64,000 nt of DNA from Chitinophagales bacterium (GCA_044228435.1 JBGAUW010000011.1:69812-133811); one strand, 5' to 3'; positions 1-10,011 are shown, counted from the first letter of the stretch. Numbers and translations: made by a program. The notes: a model not told the origin generated them from the sequence alone.

Positions 1-1
1 A

Positions 2-517
2 TTACCGGAAGGATACGCAAACCACATAAATTTAGGGGAAGAGAGTTTTACCTATACTAAAATAGATTCATACTTTTATGATAATAAAGACAGTGCAGTT
101 GCTGAGACATTGCAGAATATAAGCAAATCGTTATCTAAAAATGCAACCATATTGTTTGGTGCATGCGGTGTAGGTAAGGATTTTTATTTATGTTTAGGTG
201 TAGCATTGTTATTGGATGTGCAAAATACGGACCGAACAGTGCTCTTTAATCGAACTCTTAGTTGTAGAAATAATTTTATGGATTTGGGTAAAGGATTGAT
301 AAATGACAGCGATTTATCTGGCGGATTTGGATACATCAATAAGGCACAATGTGCTAAAATGAAGGACCCATTGGCAGTAAAAGATATTGTCAAAAATACA
401 GATAAAGGTGATTTTAAACTCAATGTAAAATTGAATCCCACCGGCAAGCCGTTGGAATTTTTCTATACTACGCCTATACCTTCAACAACCCAAACACCAA
501 TTTTTCATGGCTTTTAA
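2..517 (+). CDS. C-terminal part of a larger hypothetical protein (5'-truncated by window edge); possible toxin/protease-like C-terminal domain
   Basis: Frame of ORF 110..517 is open back to base 2 (LPEGYANHINLGEESF...). Contains ATILFGACGVG, resembling the beta-strand+GC motif of caspase/CPD-like domains. AT-rich. Confidence 0.5.
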   Translation, partial: LPEGYANHINLGEESFTYTKIDSYFYDNKDSAVAETLQNISKSLSKNATILFGACGVGKDFYLCLGVALLLDVQNTDRTVLFNRTLSCRNNFMDLGKGLINDSDLSGGFGYINKAQCAKMKDPLAVKDIVKNTDKGDFKLNVKLNPTGKPLEFFYTTPIPSTTQTPIFHGF

Positions 518-1379
518 AATCGTAGCGGTACAATGTTTTTGTTTACTATTAGCATTGGCAGCATGTGATAACAGGAATAACAAAAAACCAAAAGAAATGA
601 AGATGGAAACAATAATTAATGAAGTGTTGCCAATCCGCATAACAGAAATAGTAACGGGTTCAAAAGTCCCTCGCATAGAAGTAAACCTTACTATTGATTC
701 GCTTTTTAATATAGCGCAACAAAATTACATTGCTCTATCTGTTAATAATAATGTTACGAGAACAGCTAAAGCATGTGAAGCTGACAAACTGGTGGACTAT
801 TGCTTGCAACCCAACCTATCTGATTTAGATTTAAAAGTTGAAGTTAGCTTTACTGAAAAGCGAAAACAGGTTATGCACATATATCAATATCCTGACTTTA
901 TTATGCTCATTCCTACAAGCACAAATAATTTTCCCGCCAGTTTTATAGTAATCGATAAAATCAGTAAGATAACATTTTTAATAGTTGCCGAATTATTTGG
1001 TAAAAGCAGTGCCTTTGCTGGTGTAAATAGCATTTCAAAAATATATATACTGTCAGATAGATTGTATGCAGCCGCATCAATCTGTTTTATAAACGGTATT
1101 TTGCAGGCCATATACGAACAAGCATATAACTCAGATATGTATTGCATATCTGAGTTTTGCAGCATACGAAGTAATACCGATTCGCTAAAGATCATAAGCA
1201 ATATAAACTTGCCAGATTGTGTGGATTTACTTAAAAATTGGGGGTATCCTTTGGGTAGTATGTTTTTTCAAGTGCCTAAGGATTTTGATTGCAAATACAT
1301 TTGGCTGCTTGAGCCATCACTTGAGCATTACAACAATTCAACGGATATAAAGTTTAGCACGCTAAAATTTATACAATAA
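507..1379 (+). CDS. Hypothetical lipoprotein
   Basis: N-terminal hydrophobic stretch ending in lipobox LLLALAAC; overlaps upstream stop by 11 nt; no recognisable family. Confidence 0.6.
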   Translation: MAFKIVAVQCFCLLLALAACDNRNNKKPKEMKMETIINEVLPIRITEIVTGSKVPRIEVNLTIDSLFNIAQQNYIALSVNNNVTRTAKACEADKLVDYCLQPNLSDLDLKVEVSFTEKRKQVMHIYQYPDFIMLIPTSTNNFPASFIVIDKISKITFLIVAELFGKSSAFAGVNSISKIYILSDRLYAAASICFINGILQAIYEQAYNSDMYCISEFCSIRSNTDSLKIISNINLPDCVDLLKNWGYPLGSMFFQVPKDFDCKYIWLLEPSLEHYNNSTDIKFSTLKFIQ

Positions 1380-1624
1380 ATTAATAAGAGCAAGCATTTT
1401 CTTTTTTCAATTATGTCGGTAGATTATAATGCCTTTCTTTGTTATAATAGTAAGCCTCCGCTAACCCCTAAATTTTTTAATTTATTTGCTTACTTGCATT
1501 TAATAATACAACACAGATAGGCGTATCCGCTCTATATATTGTCACCGTATTTCTACGGTAACATTCAGTATTTATCAAGTTGGCTCTCTACTACTTACTA
1601 CCGTAATTTGCCGCAAAAACATAT

Positions 1625-2263
1625 ATGCCTACATTAGAACAAAACCTGCATGCCTGGAACAATCCCGATTGGTCATCATTTGATAATGGCGAGGTGTGGT
1701 CGGTGCCCTTTGGTGGAACCGATAGCCTTTGGCAAAATATGATATTGCCACGGGTTAAGCCTTACCTTATTAAAGATAACACCGCGCTTGAAATCGCCTG
1801 CGGCCATGGCCGCATAACCAATATTTTAAAAGATGAATTTAGTGTACTGCATGCCGTTGATGTCAGTTCGAACTGTATTGAGTTTTGTAAGGAACGGTTT
1901 GCCAGCGCGGCTAATATTATCTACCATTTAAATGATGGCTATACCTTGCCGGTTGGCACTAGTAGCATAAATTTTGTTTGCAGTTGGGATAGCCTGGTGC
2001 ACTGCGAACAGGATGTAATCAACTCTTACCTTGCTGAAATTTATCGTGCGCTTATTCCCGGTGGGGCTGCATTTTTACATTTTTCAAATTTTGGAAGATA
2101 CAAGGGCATTAAACAAAACAATCACGGTCGTGCGGAGTCGGTCACAGCAGAAACTGTGTTTGCGCAATGTAACGCGCTGGGATTTAATGTAAAAACATTA
2201 GAAAAAATAAAGTGGTTGGAAGATTTTGAAAACGATGCCTTTATTACCTTATGTAAGGAGTAA
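1625..2263 (+). CDS. Class I SAM-dependent methyltransferase
   Basis: Motif I ALEIACGHGR, acidic AVDVS, post-II LPVGTSSINFVCS, motif III LIPGGAAFL. Confidence 0.85.
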   Translation: MPTLEQNLHAWNNPDWSSFDNGEVWSVPFGGTDSLWQNMILPRVKPYLIKDNTALEIACGHGRITNILKDEFSVLHAVDVSSNCIEFCKERFASAANIIYHLNDGYTLPVGTSSINFVCSWDSLVHCEQDVINSYLAEIYRALIPGGAAFLHFSNFGRYKGIKQNNHGRAESVTAETVFAQCNALGFNVKTLEKIKWLEDFENDAFITLCKE

Positions 2264-2391
2264 CAAAAACTCTTCAAAGCTTTAGCTATCAAGTGGCTCT
2301 GGTCGGCACACATTTTATAAGTAAAAGAGGCTGTCATGCAATAGGCAGCCTCTTTATTGGAGTTTTTATTAGAAGGAGAAAGGGCTATAGT

Positions 2392-2769
2392 TTATAATAC
2401 TTTAGATAAAAATCGATTAAACTGTAATCGGTTATTTTGAAACGAATTCACAAAGTCGCTCATTCGCGCGTTCATACTATCCTGGTCCCCCGTAAACTCA
2501 TCTTCAATTTGCTCTGCCATTACCTTAGCCATTTGATCAACCCGCGCAGATCTTTCACTGTTTTCTTTGTGCAAAGCATTGTATTGCTGTTTAAGCAAAC
2601 TAAATCTTGTTTGAAAGTGTTCGGCTTGTGCAAGTGTTTCCGCTGATGAGTTTTTAGTTACAACTTCTTCCAGCCTTTTTAATAAAATGCCAAGCTCATC
2701 ATTGTAAAATTCTAATTCGCGCAGCCAATCGGTTTCCTGGTGATGTAATGCATTAATACTGGTTTTCAT
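2392..2769 (-). CDS. Hypothetical all-helical/coiled-coil protein
   Basis: 125 aa ORF, amphipathic helices (WLRELEFYNDEL...), divergent from 3047 across a region holding TGA-N6-TCA boxes. Confidence 0.7.
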   Translation of the reverse strand: MKTSINALHHQETDWLRELEFYNDELGILLKRLEEVVTKNSSAETLAQAEHFQTRFSLLKQQYNALHKENSERSARVDQMAKVMAEQIEDEFTGDQDSMNARMSDFVNSFQNNRLQFNRFLSKVL

Positions 2770-2837
2770 GATTTGTTTTTATGGTTGTTAATAAATAGAA
2801 CGTAAGCGAAGATTAAAAACTACCGGCTTGTTTCCAG

Positions 2838-2962
2838 TGAGCCAAGTCAAGCGTTTTGTTGAGTTTGGTCATCTTATAGGGTAGGTGGTTTGGGGGTGAT
2901 TTAATGGGTGCCTTTGCAAAAGCTTCAGAAAATAAGAGTATGGAAATTCCTGATGTAAATCA
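2838..2962. promoter_or_regulatory. Three Crp/Fnr-like boxes TGA-N6-TCA
   Basis: TGAgccaagTCA 2838-2849, TGAgtttggTCA 2860-2871, TGATgtaaATCA 2951-2962 in a divergent intergenic region. Confidence 0.6.
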
Positions 2963-3046
2963 TTTTATATGTGAGGTAAGGTCATCGTTTTAAGCTTCAC
3001 GAAAGAACACATTCGCTGAACTGTTGTTATACTTAAAATATACTGT

Positions 3047-3385
3047 ATGGAAAATAGCCGCGATAAAGTAATAGGGGTATGGTTAGATCAAACCCAGGCG
3101 CACCTGATTGACCTTAGCAGAGAACCCGTAGTTGCAGAAACTATCTTTTACAGCGATTGTTGCCTACCGGCCGCAGGCGATATAAAATCAACCAGCAGGG
3201 CTGGGGAGAAAGAAAGGAATAAACAACTAACAGAAGCTGAAAGGAAGAATGAATTTTTCAATCAGCTTATAAGGCGCATTAAAGGCCATAATAGCGTTTT
3301 ACTTTTTGGTGCTATTTCTATAAAGGAGGAGCTGACTAATAAGCTTAAAACTGAATTTCAATTTTCGGGTAATGTAGTTGCTTAA
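3047..3385 (+). CDS. Small eRF1-domain/host-attachment-like protein, paralog of 9503..9937, C-terminally shorter
   Basis: Shares IGVWLDQTQAHLID / VGVWMDHSQAHFID and VLLFGAISIKEEL / ILLFGSTKAKEEL with 9503..9937. Confidence 0.6.
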   Translation: MENSRDKVIGVWLDQTQAHLIDLSREPVVAETIFYSDCCLPAAGDIKSTSRAGEKERNKQLTEAERKNEFFNQLIRRIKGHNSVLLFGAISIKEELTNKLKTEFQFSGNVVA

Positions 3386-3463
3386 ACTGCGTAAGTCTCC
3401 CTGGTCAGATATTAATAGCTACCCATTTTTAAGATAGGGGTGATGAGTGCCTTATTACTTTCT

Positions 3464-5122
3464 TTAGTTTAGTTTTTTTAGCGGTATTTGATTTTTAGGG
3501 GGCTGGTTGTTTGGCGTCGGTGTTGTTTGTAGTTGCGGCTTAGGCTGAATAGGGGGGGGGGGCTGGTATTGCAGCGGCCGCTGATTATTCGATCCGGGAT
3601 TAATGCCTTGCTTAGGTTGCTTGTTTGGTGAGGGTTGTATATTCGGTTTTGGCTGAACTTTCTGTGTTGGCTGATATATAGGTGCTGGCTGTATATTCCG
3701 GTTTGTAGGATAATGTTGTTGTCTTTCAGGGGCCTTAGGTTTCAATATAGGGTTGTCTGGTGTCTGCTTATAAACGGGTCTTTCCTGTACTGGCTGCACC
3801 GGGTGGTCTTTCACGTTCAAATGTTTTTTATCTGCAGGGGTCGGTTGTTGTGGTAAGGGTTGCTTTAAAGCAGGATATTTATCTGCATTTTTTGTAAGAA
3901 AATCATACCGGTTTAAATTGCCTGTGCCTGTAATGTTTTCCTTATGATAATCTTCTTCCAGCTTACCAAAATCTCTTATTACTTCAACCCGGTTTTTATC
4001 ATTGCTGTTAAAATCTTTAGGCAGAACCTGGTTGTTTTCTTCATACCAACGGTGTAATGTTTCCGATGCTCTTACTTCTAATCTGTGGTGCCCATAGTAA
4101 TAGCTAAAATATATATTGGTGATGTGCGGATAACGGTGAAAGTGAGGGTGACGATGAAAATGCCAATGCACAAAAAACCACGATGGCGGCGAATGCCAGA
4201 AAACCTGGCCATGCCAATAAGTAAAACCCCAATGGTACCAGTAAGGATAAGGATACCACCATTCATACTCGTACCACGAAGGGTAACCGCACCAGTATGG
4301 ATAGGGCACCATAACATAATTATTAATAATTGCCGGATCGGTTTCGTAATAGTCGCTTGCGCTATATCCAACCTCATCTGCATATTCCTTCGTTGATTGT
4401 TGTAGTTCTTTTTCAGCTTCCGGATCGTCTTTCATTTTTTGTTTCCATTCCTCCAAATCGATAGCTTTTTGTTGCGCCTGTTGCAGGTTTATTGCATCAA
4501 ACTGCTCTTTTACATAATCCGGGTTCTTCTGGTAAATAACCCCCAAATTTACAGCCATGCGCATATTGTTATTTAGCATACTTATTAATTCAGGGGTGCC
4601 TAATAATTCGCTAAAGGCGGTTTGGCTAACAGGCGAATACGTTTTAATCGCATCTTTGAACAGAAGAGTAAAGCGCGTATCAAGCCCTGCAATGGTTTTT
4701 AATAATTCAAAATGATGGAGGGCATAGTTTATTCCTGTTTCCTGTACCTCCTTTGGATAATCTTTTAGTAAATCCTCAAGTTCCTGTTTCGATAACTGTG
4801 TGGCGTTTACTAATTTGCTGATGAGGCCGCTATAACGGGTAAGGTTCCATATTTTTTGCTGTTCATCTTTTGAATAAGACGAAAGAAGAGAGCGAAATTT
4901 TGCCTGAGACTCTTTTTGAACGTTAGCTATGGTTGCAATTCCCTGGGGTTGGGTGCATACTTCAAACACGGCACTTCTTACCTTTGCAGGATAAGCGGCA
5001 ATTAAGCTAACATCGGCGCTATCCTCGTTCAGTAATTGTTGGAACGTTTCTTTTTCATCGTTGCTGTAGCAAGTTTGGTAAAAGAAGCATAAGCTTAGTA
5101 AACAGAAAACAATTTTTTTCAT
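3464..5122 (-). CDS. Secreted DUF3300-like protein with aromatic/His-rich segment and Pro/Gln-rich tail
   Basis: Probable start at 5122 (MKKIVFCLLSLCFF, signal peptide); IAAYPAKVRSAVFEVCTQP resembles the DUF3300 IALYPD..LL.A..YP motif; W/Y/H/P-rich block then low-complexity PQ tail. Confidence 0.6.
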   Translation of the reverse strand: MKKIVFCLLSLCFFYQTCYSNDEKETFQQLLNEDSADVSLIAAYPAKVRSAVFEVCTQPQGIATIANVQKESQAKFRSLLSSYSKDEQQKIWNLTRYSGLISKLVNATQLSKQELEDLLKDYPKEVQETGINYALHHFELLKTIAGLDTRFTLLFKDAIKTYSPVSQTAFSELLGTPELISMLNNNMRMAVNLGVIYQKNPDYVKEQFDAINLQQAQQKAIDLEEWKQKMKDDPEAEKELQQSTKEYADEVGYSASDYYETDPAIINNYVMVPYPYWCGYPSWYEYEWWYPYPYWYHWGFTYWHGQVFWHSPPSWFFVHWHFHRHPHFHRYPHITNIYFSYYYGHHRLEVRASETLHRWYEENNQVLPKDFNSNDKNRVEVIRDFGKLEEDYHKENITGTGNLNRYDFLTKNADKYPALKQPLPQQPTPADKKHLNVKDHPVQPVQERPVYKQTPDNPILKPKAPERQQHYPTNRNIQPAPIYQPTQKVQPKPNIQPSPNKQPKQGINPGSNNQRPLQYQPPPPIQPKPQLQTTPTPNNQPPKNQIPLKKLN

Positions 5123-5251
5123 CCGGTTTATTTTATACCGCAAATACATGCAATAGGCTTTCAGAACGCAATGAGCGCGCTCAACGGTATCGATGAGAAT
5201 GTTCATTTTTTCTGCAACTCAAAGGTCCCTTCGGTCTTGTCCGCATATGGT

Positions 5252-5263
5252 TGACCAAGATCA
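5252..5263. promoter_or_regulatory. Crp/Fnr-like box upstream of dps
   Basis: TGAccaagaTCA, 74 bp upstream of the dps start. Confidence 0.5.
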
Positions 5264-5336
5264 TTAGTGAGTAGAACAACCCTCATATCTAATTCTGGTT
5301 GAGACATGCACTTTTGTAGAGTTAAAAGAACGATTT

Positions 5337-5813
5337 ATGAAAGATATAAACGCGATAGGACTTTATGCTGATAAGAGTAAAAGTCTGGCTCAAAAATTAG
5401 ATAAGCTGCTGGCGAATTATTCCATCTTTTATCAAAATACGCGGGGGTACCATTGGAACATAAAGGGAGATAAATTTTTTGAGTTGCATATTAAGTTCGA
5501 GGAACTTTATAACCAGCTTCAGTTAAATATTGATGAGATAGCGGAGCGCATACTTACTCTTGGCCATTCCCCAAGCCATCGCTACTCTGATTATAAAAAA
5601 AGTTCAGATATTAAGGAAAGTAAACATGAATCAAACGGTGTTAAAGCAGTTGAAGATATTCTAAACTCCTTTAAAATAATTATTACGCTGCAACGGGAAC
5701 TATTATCGTTATCCGCTGAAGCCGGGGATGAAGGAACAAATGCTTTAATGAGTGAATATATAAGAGCGCAGGAAAAATTAGTATGGATGTATTCGGCATT
5801 TTTAAAAAAATAG
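5337..5813 (+). CDS. dps: DNA starvation/stationary-phase protection protein Dps
   Basis: YHWNIKG..FFELH..FEELY and IDEIAERI ferroxidase signature motifs. Confidence 0.95.
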   Translation: MKDINAIGLYADKSKSLAQKLDKLLANYSIFYQNTRGYHWNIKGDKFFELHIKFEELYNQLQLNIDEIAERILTLGHSPSHRYSDYKKSSDIKESKHESNGVKAVEDILNSFKIIITLQRELLSLSAEAGDEGTNALMSEYIRAQEKLVWMYSAFLKK

Positions 5814-5856
5814 CAATGCTACTTTTCCCTTTTGCGGGCGCAATCAAACGTAAATT

Positions 5857-8259
5857 ATGTATATAATTCCATTCTCCCAATTATCGCTGAAAGATTTACC
5901 CAATGTAGGTGGTAAGAATGCTTCTTTAGGAGAAATGTTTAATCAACTTTCCTCTTATGGCATTGTGGTTCCCGATGGATTTGCAACAACGGCCGAAGCT
6001 TATCACTTATTTATATCCGAGAATAATTTGCTGCAGCCATTAAGGGAGTTATTGGCAAAATTGGACATAAATAATTTCAACAACCTGGTGCAAATAGGAA
6101 ATGAAGCCAGGCAACTGTTGGAGCAGGCAAAAATGCCTTTAAAAGTTATAGCTGAAATTGAAACTGCCTACAATGCACTGTGCAGCAAATATGGAGGAGA
6201 GTTAGATGTGGCGGTGCGTAGCAGTGCTACTGCCGAAGACCTGCCCACAGCAAGTTTTGCCGGCCAACACGATTCTTTTTTGAACCGTAAAGGCGCTATA
6301 GAAGTAATTGAAGCCGTTAAATGTTGCTACGTTTCATTATTTAATAACCGGGCAATTAAATATCGCTACGATAATGGTTTCGATCATTTTAAGGTAGCGC
6401 TATCTGCCGGTGTGCAATTGATGGTTCGTTCAGATCTGGCTTGCTGCGGTATTGGTTTTACGCTGGAACCTGAATCTGGTTTTAGAGATGTTATTGCTAT
6501 TTCGGGCTGTTGGGGTTTAGGCGAAAACATAGTGCAGGGAAATGTAAATCCGGATGAGTTTATTGTTTTTAAGCGAAACCTTGAGCTTGGCAAGTACAGC
6601 ATACTTTCTAAAAAATGCGGCACCAAAACAAAAACAATGATTTATGGTGGGGGGGAAACAAAACTGCTCAACACCGATACATCGCCAGATAAACGTGCCC
6701 AATTAGTTTTAAGCGATTTGGAAATAGAAAAACTTGCGGCATGGTGTGTGGCAATAGAAAATCACTACAAATGTCCGATGGATATTGAGTGGGCTAAGGA
6801 TGGTAACAGCGGACAGATTTTTATTCTGCAGGCAAGGCCGGAAACTGTCCATTCTAAAAAAGACCCTTATGTAATTAAGGAATACCTGATGCAGGATAAA
6901 GGCAAGGTGTTGGTGCAGGGTAGCGCTATCGGTTCGAAAGTTTCATCAGGTATTGCCCGTATTATTAACTCGCCGGCAGAAGCGGGCCGTTTGCAGCCGG
7001 GTGAAGTTTTAGTTACAGACATTACAAATCCTGACTGGGACCCTATTTTAAAAAAGGCTTCGGCCATTATAACAAATAAAGGCGGAAGAACAAGCCACGC
7101 TGCAATAGTAGCGCGTGAAATGGGGGCGAATGCAATAGTGGGAACTCTGGACGCTACCCAAAAAATAAAAGATGGCGATCCGGTTACGGTTTCGTGTGCA
7201 CAGGGAAAAAATGGAGTTGTGTATGATGGCCTTTTAACCTGGCAAGAGAGGCAAATAAATTTTCGAGATGTAAAAATGCCCGAAACGGCACCTATGCTAA
7301 TTTTAGGTGATCCGGATAAGGCGTTTAAGTATTCGTTTTACCCAAACCGTGGTATTGGTTTAATGCGGTTGGAGTTTATAATTAATAGTGCCATTCGTAT
7401 CCATCCTATGGCTTTGGTAAAATTTGATGCTTTAACAGATAAAAAGGTAAGGCAGGAAATAGAATCTATTACGTGCCAATATTCCAATAAAGAGGAATAT
7501 TTTGTAGATAAACTTTCGCAGGCGGTAAGTACCATAGCAGCTGCCTTTTACCCCAAAGATGTAATTGTGCGCATGAGCGATTTTAAAACAAATGAGTATG
7601 CCAATCTTATAGGCGGGCAAAGTTTTGAGCCCAAAGAAGAAAACCCAATGATAGGATTCAGAGGGGCATCGAGATACTATAATGAGCGTTATCGCGAAGG
7701 GTTTCGGTTGGAATGTGAAGCGATGAAAAGAGTGCGCGATGAGATGGATTTAACGAATGTAAAGTTGATGATACCATTTTGCCGCACAGTGGAAGAAGGG
7801 AAGAAGGTTGTAAGCCTAATGAGTGATTACGGATTAGTACGCGGTGAGAACGGACTCGAAATTTACGTTATGGCCGAAATTCCAAGCAATGTAATTTTAG
7901 CAAAAGAGTTTGCCGAAGTGTTTGATGGTTTTTCAATTGGCTCGAATGATTTAACGCAGCTTACCCTGGGGTTGGACCGCGATTCGGCTATAATAAGCGA
8001 CCTGTTTAATGAGAATAATGAAGCGGTAAAGATTATGATATCAAATGTTATTCGCGATGCCCATAGCGCTGGCGCTAAAATTGGTTTATGCGGACAGGCA
8101 CCCAGCGATTTTCCGGCTTTTGCGGGATTTTTGGTAGCGCATGGTATTGATAGTATATCCTACAATCCGGATGCGCTGCTTAAAGGAATTGAAAATATGG
8201 TGAAGGCGGAAGAGAGCCGTTTACCCGAAAACCAAACTATTAACTGCCATAACGTTTAA
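5857..8259 (+). CDS. ppsA: Phosphoenolpyruvate synthase
   Basis: VGGKNASLGEM, VAVRSSATAEDLPTASFAGQ, phospho-His motif GGRTSHAAIVARE, FSIGSNDLTQ, ICGQ-like C-terminus; 800 aa. Confidence 0.95.
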   Translation: MYIIPFSQLSLKDLPNVGGKNASLGEMFNQLSSYGIVVPDGFATTAEAYHLFISENNLLQPLRELLAKLDINNFNNLVQIGNEARQLLEQAKMPLKVIAEIETAYNALCSKYGGELDVAVRSSATAEDLPTASFAGQHDSFLNRKGAIEVIEAVKCCYVSLFNNRAIKYRYDNGFDHFKVALSAGVQLMVRSDLACCGIGFTLEPESGFRDVIAISGCWGLGENIVQGNVNPDEFIVFKRNLELGKYSILSKKCGTKTKTMIYGGGETKLLNTDTSPDKRAQLVLSDLEIEKLAAWCVAIENHYKCPMDIEWAKDGNSGQIFILQARPETVHSKKDPYVIKEYLMQDKGKVLVQGSAIGSKVSSGIARIINSPAEAGRLQPGEVLVTDITNPDWDPILKKASAIITNKGGRTSHAAIVAREMGANAIVGTLDATQKIKDGDPVTVSCAQGKNGVVYDGLLTWQERQINFRDVKMPETAPMLILGDPDKAFKYSFYPNRGIGLMRLEFIINSAIRIHPMALVKFDALTDKKVRQEIESITCQYSNKEEYFVDKLSQAVSTIAAAFYPKDVIVRMSDFKTNEYANLIGGQSFEPKEENPMIGFRGASRYYNERYREGFRLECEAMKRVRDEMDLTNVKLMIPFCRTVEEGKKVVSLMSDYGLVRGENGLEIYVMAEIPSNVILAKEFAEVFDGFSIGSNDLTQLTLGLDRDSAIISDLFNENNEAVKIMISNVIRDAHSAGAKIGLCGQAPSDFPAFAGFLVAHGIDSISYNPDALLKGIENMVKAEESRLPENQTINCHNV

Positions 8260-8263
8260 CACT

Positions 8264-9019
8264 ATGGAAAAAATATTTAAAAACAAAGTTGCTCTGGTAA
8301 CCGGTGGTGCGTCGGGTATTGGCCGCGCTACTGTAATCGAATTTGCGCAGGGCGGAGCTAAAGTAGTAGTTGCCGATGCACAGGATGGAAAGAAACTTGC
8401 TGCTGAAATAAAAAAGGCAGGGGGCGATGCCATTTATATTAAGTGCGATGTTTCGAAAGAAATGGATGTGAGAACAATGATTCAAAAAACCATTGACGTA
8501 TATGGGCGGCTGGATTTTGCTGTAAACAATGCGGGTACAGAAGGAGTGCAAAAGCCACTGCATAGTTTAACTGAAGTTGAGTGGCAAAAAACAATGGATG
8601 TGAATGTAAAGGGCGTATGGCTTTGTATGAAGTATGAAATTCCGCAAATGCTTAAGCAAGGCAAAGGCGCTATAGTAAATACTTCTTCTATTGCCGGGGT
8701 TATTGGTTTTCAAAATTCAGTGGCTTATGTTGCTTCAAAGCATGCGGTAATTGGACTAACTAAAGTGGCGGCTTTGGAAAATGCTCAAACAGGTATTCGC
8801 GTAAATGCGGTTTGCCCTGGCTTGATAAAAACCCCTATGCTGGAACGGGCCTTTACTGGTGATGTTCAAATAGAGCAGGCTTATACTGCGGCAGTGCCTA
8901 TGAAACGATTAGGAAGGCCTGAAGAAATTGCTGATTCAATTATTCACTTGTGTTCGGATGCGGCATCGCTTATTACGGGTCATGCACTTGTAATTGATGG
9001 CGGTTGGGTAGCACAATAA
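8264..9019 (+). CDS. SDR family oxidoreductase
   Basis: TGGASGIG, NNAG, YVASK catalytic motif, RVNAVCPG, IDGG. Confidence 0.93.
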   Translation: MEKIFKNKVALVTGGASGIGRATVIEFAQGGAKVVVADAQDGKKLAAEIKKAGGDAIYIKCDVSKEMDVRTMIQKTIDVYGRLDFAVNNAGTEGVQKPLHSLTEVEWQKTMDVNVKGVWLCMKYEIPQMLKQGKGAIVNTSSIAGVIGFQNSVAYVASKHAVIGLTKVAALENAQTGIRVNAVCPGLIKTPMLERAFTGDVQIEQAYTAAVPMKRLGRPEEIADSIIHLCSDAASLITGHALVIDGGWVAQ

Positions 9020-9029
9020 AACTAAAACT

Positions 9030-9479
9030 ATGCTGGGGAAATTAAATGCTGAACAAATTGAAAGTGTATTGGCCGCTAATGTGGTGGGGCGTATAGGGTG
9101 CTATGCCGATGGTAAAATTTATGTAGTACCGGTAACTTATGTGTACGACAATGGCTTTATAATAGGCCATACCGCGCAAGGAATGAAAACAGAAATGCTG
9201 CAAAAAAATCCGGAGTGCTGTTTTGAAGTGGATGTAATGCAAAATATGGCTAATTGGCAAAGTGTAATTACTTGGGGAACATTTGAACAATTGCGAGGAG
9301 AGGAGGCTACAGTTGCCATGAAAAAACTAATAAACCGGCTAATGCCGTTAATGAGCAGTGAGACAAGTCAGCCTACGCATGGCCTGGTGGAAACGCATAG
9401 TAAGGATACCCACGGCATAAAAGCGGTTGTTTATCGAATCAGGTTGAAAGAAAAAACAGGTCGGTTCGAAAAAAGATAA
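9030..9479 (+). CDS. Pyridoxamine 5'-phosphate oxidase-family flavin-nucleotide-binding protein
   Basis: VGRIGC...YVVPVTYVY, G.K..ML.KNP.CCFEVD, WQSVITWG. Confidence 0.85.
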   Translation: MLGKLNAEQIESVLAANVVGRIGCYADGKIYVVPVTYVYDNGFIIGHTAQGMKTEMLQKNPECCFEVDVMQNMANWQSVITWGTFEQLRGEEATVAMKKLINRLMPLMSSETSQPTHGLVETHSKDTHGIKAVVYRIRLKEKTGRFEKR

Positions 9480-9502
9480 TTATTAATAATCAAAACTTAT
9501 AA

Positions 9503-9937
9503 ATGAGAAACAATAAAACGAACAAGCCGGTGGGTGTTTGGATGGATCACTCCCAGGCCCACTTTATCGATTTTGCAAAAGGATTTCCGGTAGTGGAAAC
9601 AGTTTATTCGGCGCAAGAGGAGCAAGTGCGGTTTAAAGGTGAATCGGGATCAGCAACTAAACTTGGCAATTATCGCTCCGGCAATAACGAAAATCACCGG
9701 CACAACCGCGATCAACAATTAATGCAAGAGTATTACAAGATACTTTCGGATCGATTGAAAAATTATGACAATATTTTGCTTTTCGGTTCCACAAAAGCAA
9801 AGGAGGAACTTTATAATTATTTAAAACTAAATAAGCAATTCGAGGCCAAAAGTATAACTGTAAAACCGGCCGATCATCTTACCGAAAATCAGATGATTGC
9901 AGAGGTGAAAAAGTTTTTCGACTTAGAAAAGAGTTAA
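9503..9937 (+). CDS. Small eRF1-domain/host-attachment-like protein
   Basis: GVWMDHSQAHFI N-terminal strand, ILLFGSTKAKEEL, ADHLTENQMIAEVKKFF C-terminus; paralog of 3047..3385. Confidence 0.65.
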   Translation: MRNNKTNKPVGVWMDHSQAHFIDFAKGFPVVETVYSAQEEQVRFKGESGSATKLGNYRSGNNENHRHNRDQQLMQEYYKILSDRLKNYDNILLFGSTKAKEELYNYLKLNKQFEAKSITVKPADHLTENQMIAEVKKFFDLEKS

Positions 9938-10011
9938 GTCGTATGTCTTTGCATTTTCAATGTTGATGTAGTAACTCTTTATTTATAGCCCTGCTATCTG
10001 AACGGAAAAAC

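Noticed and set aside
2972-2984. TGA-N7-TCA site near the Crp/Fnr-like boxes
   Set aside because: Spacing is 7 rather than 6, so it was not counted.
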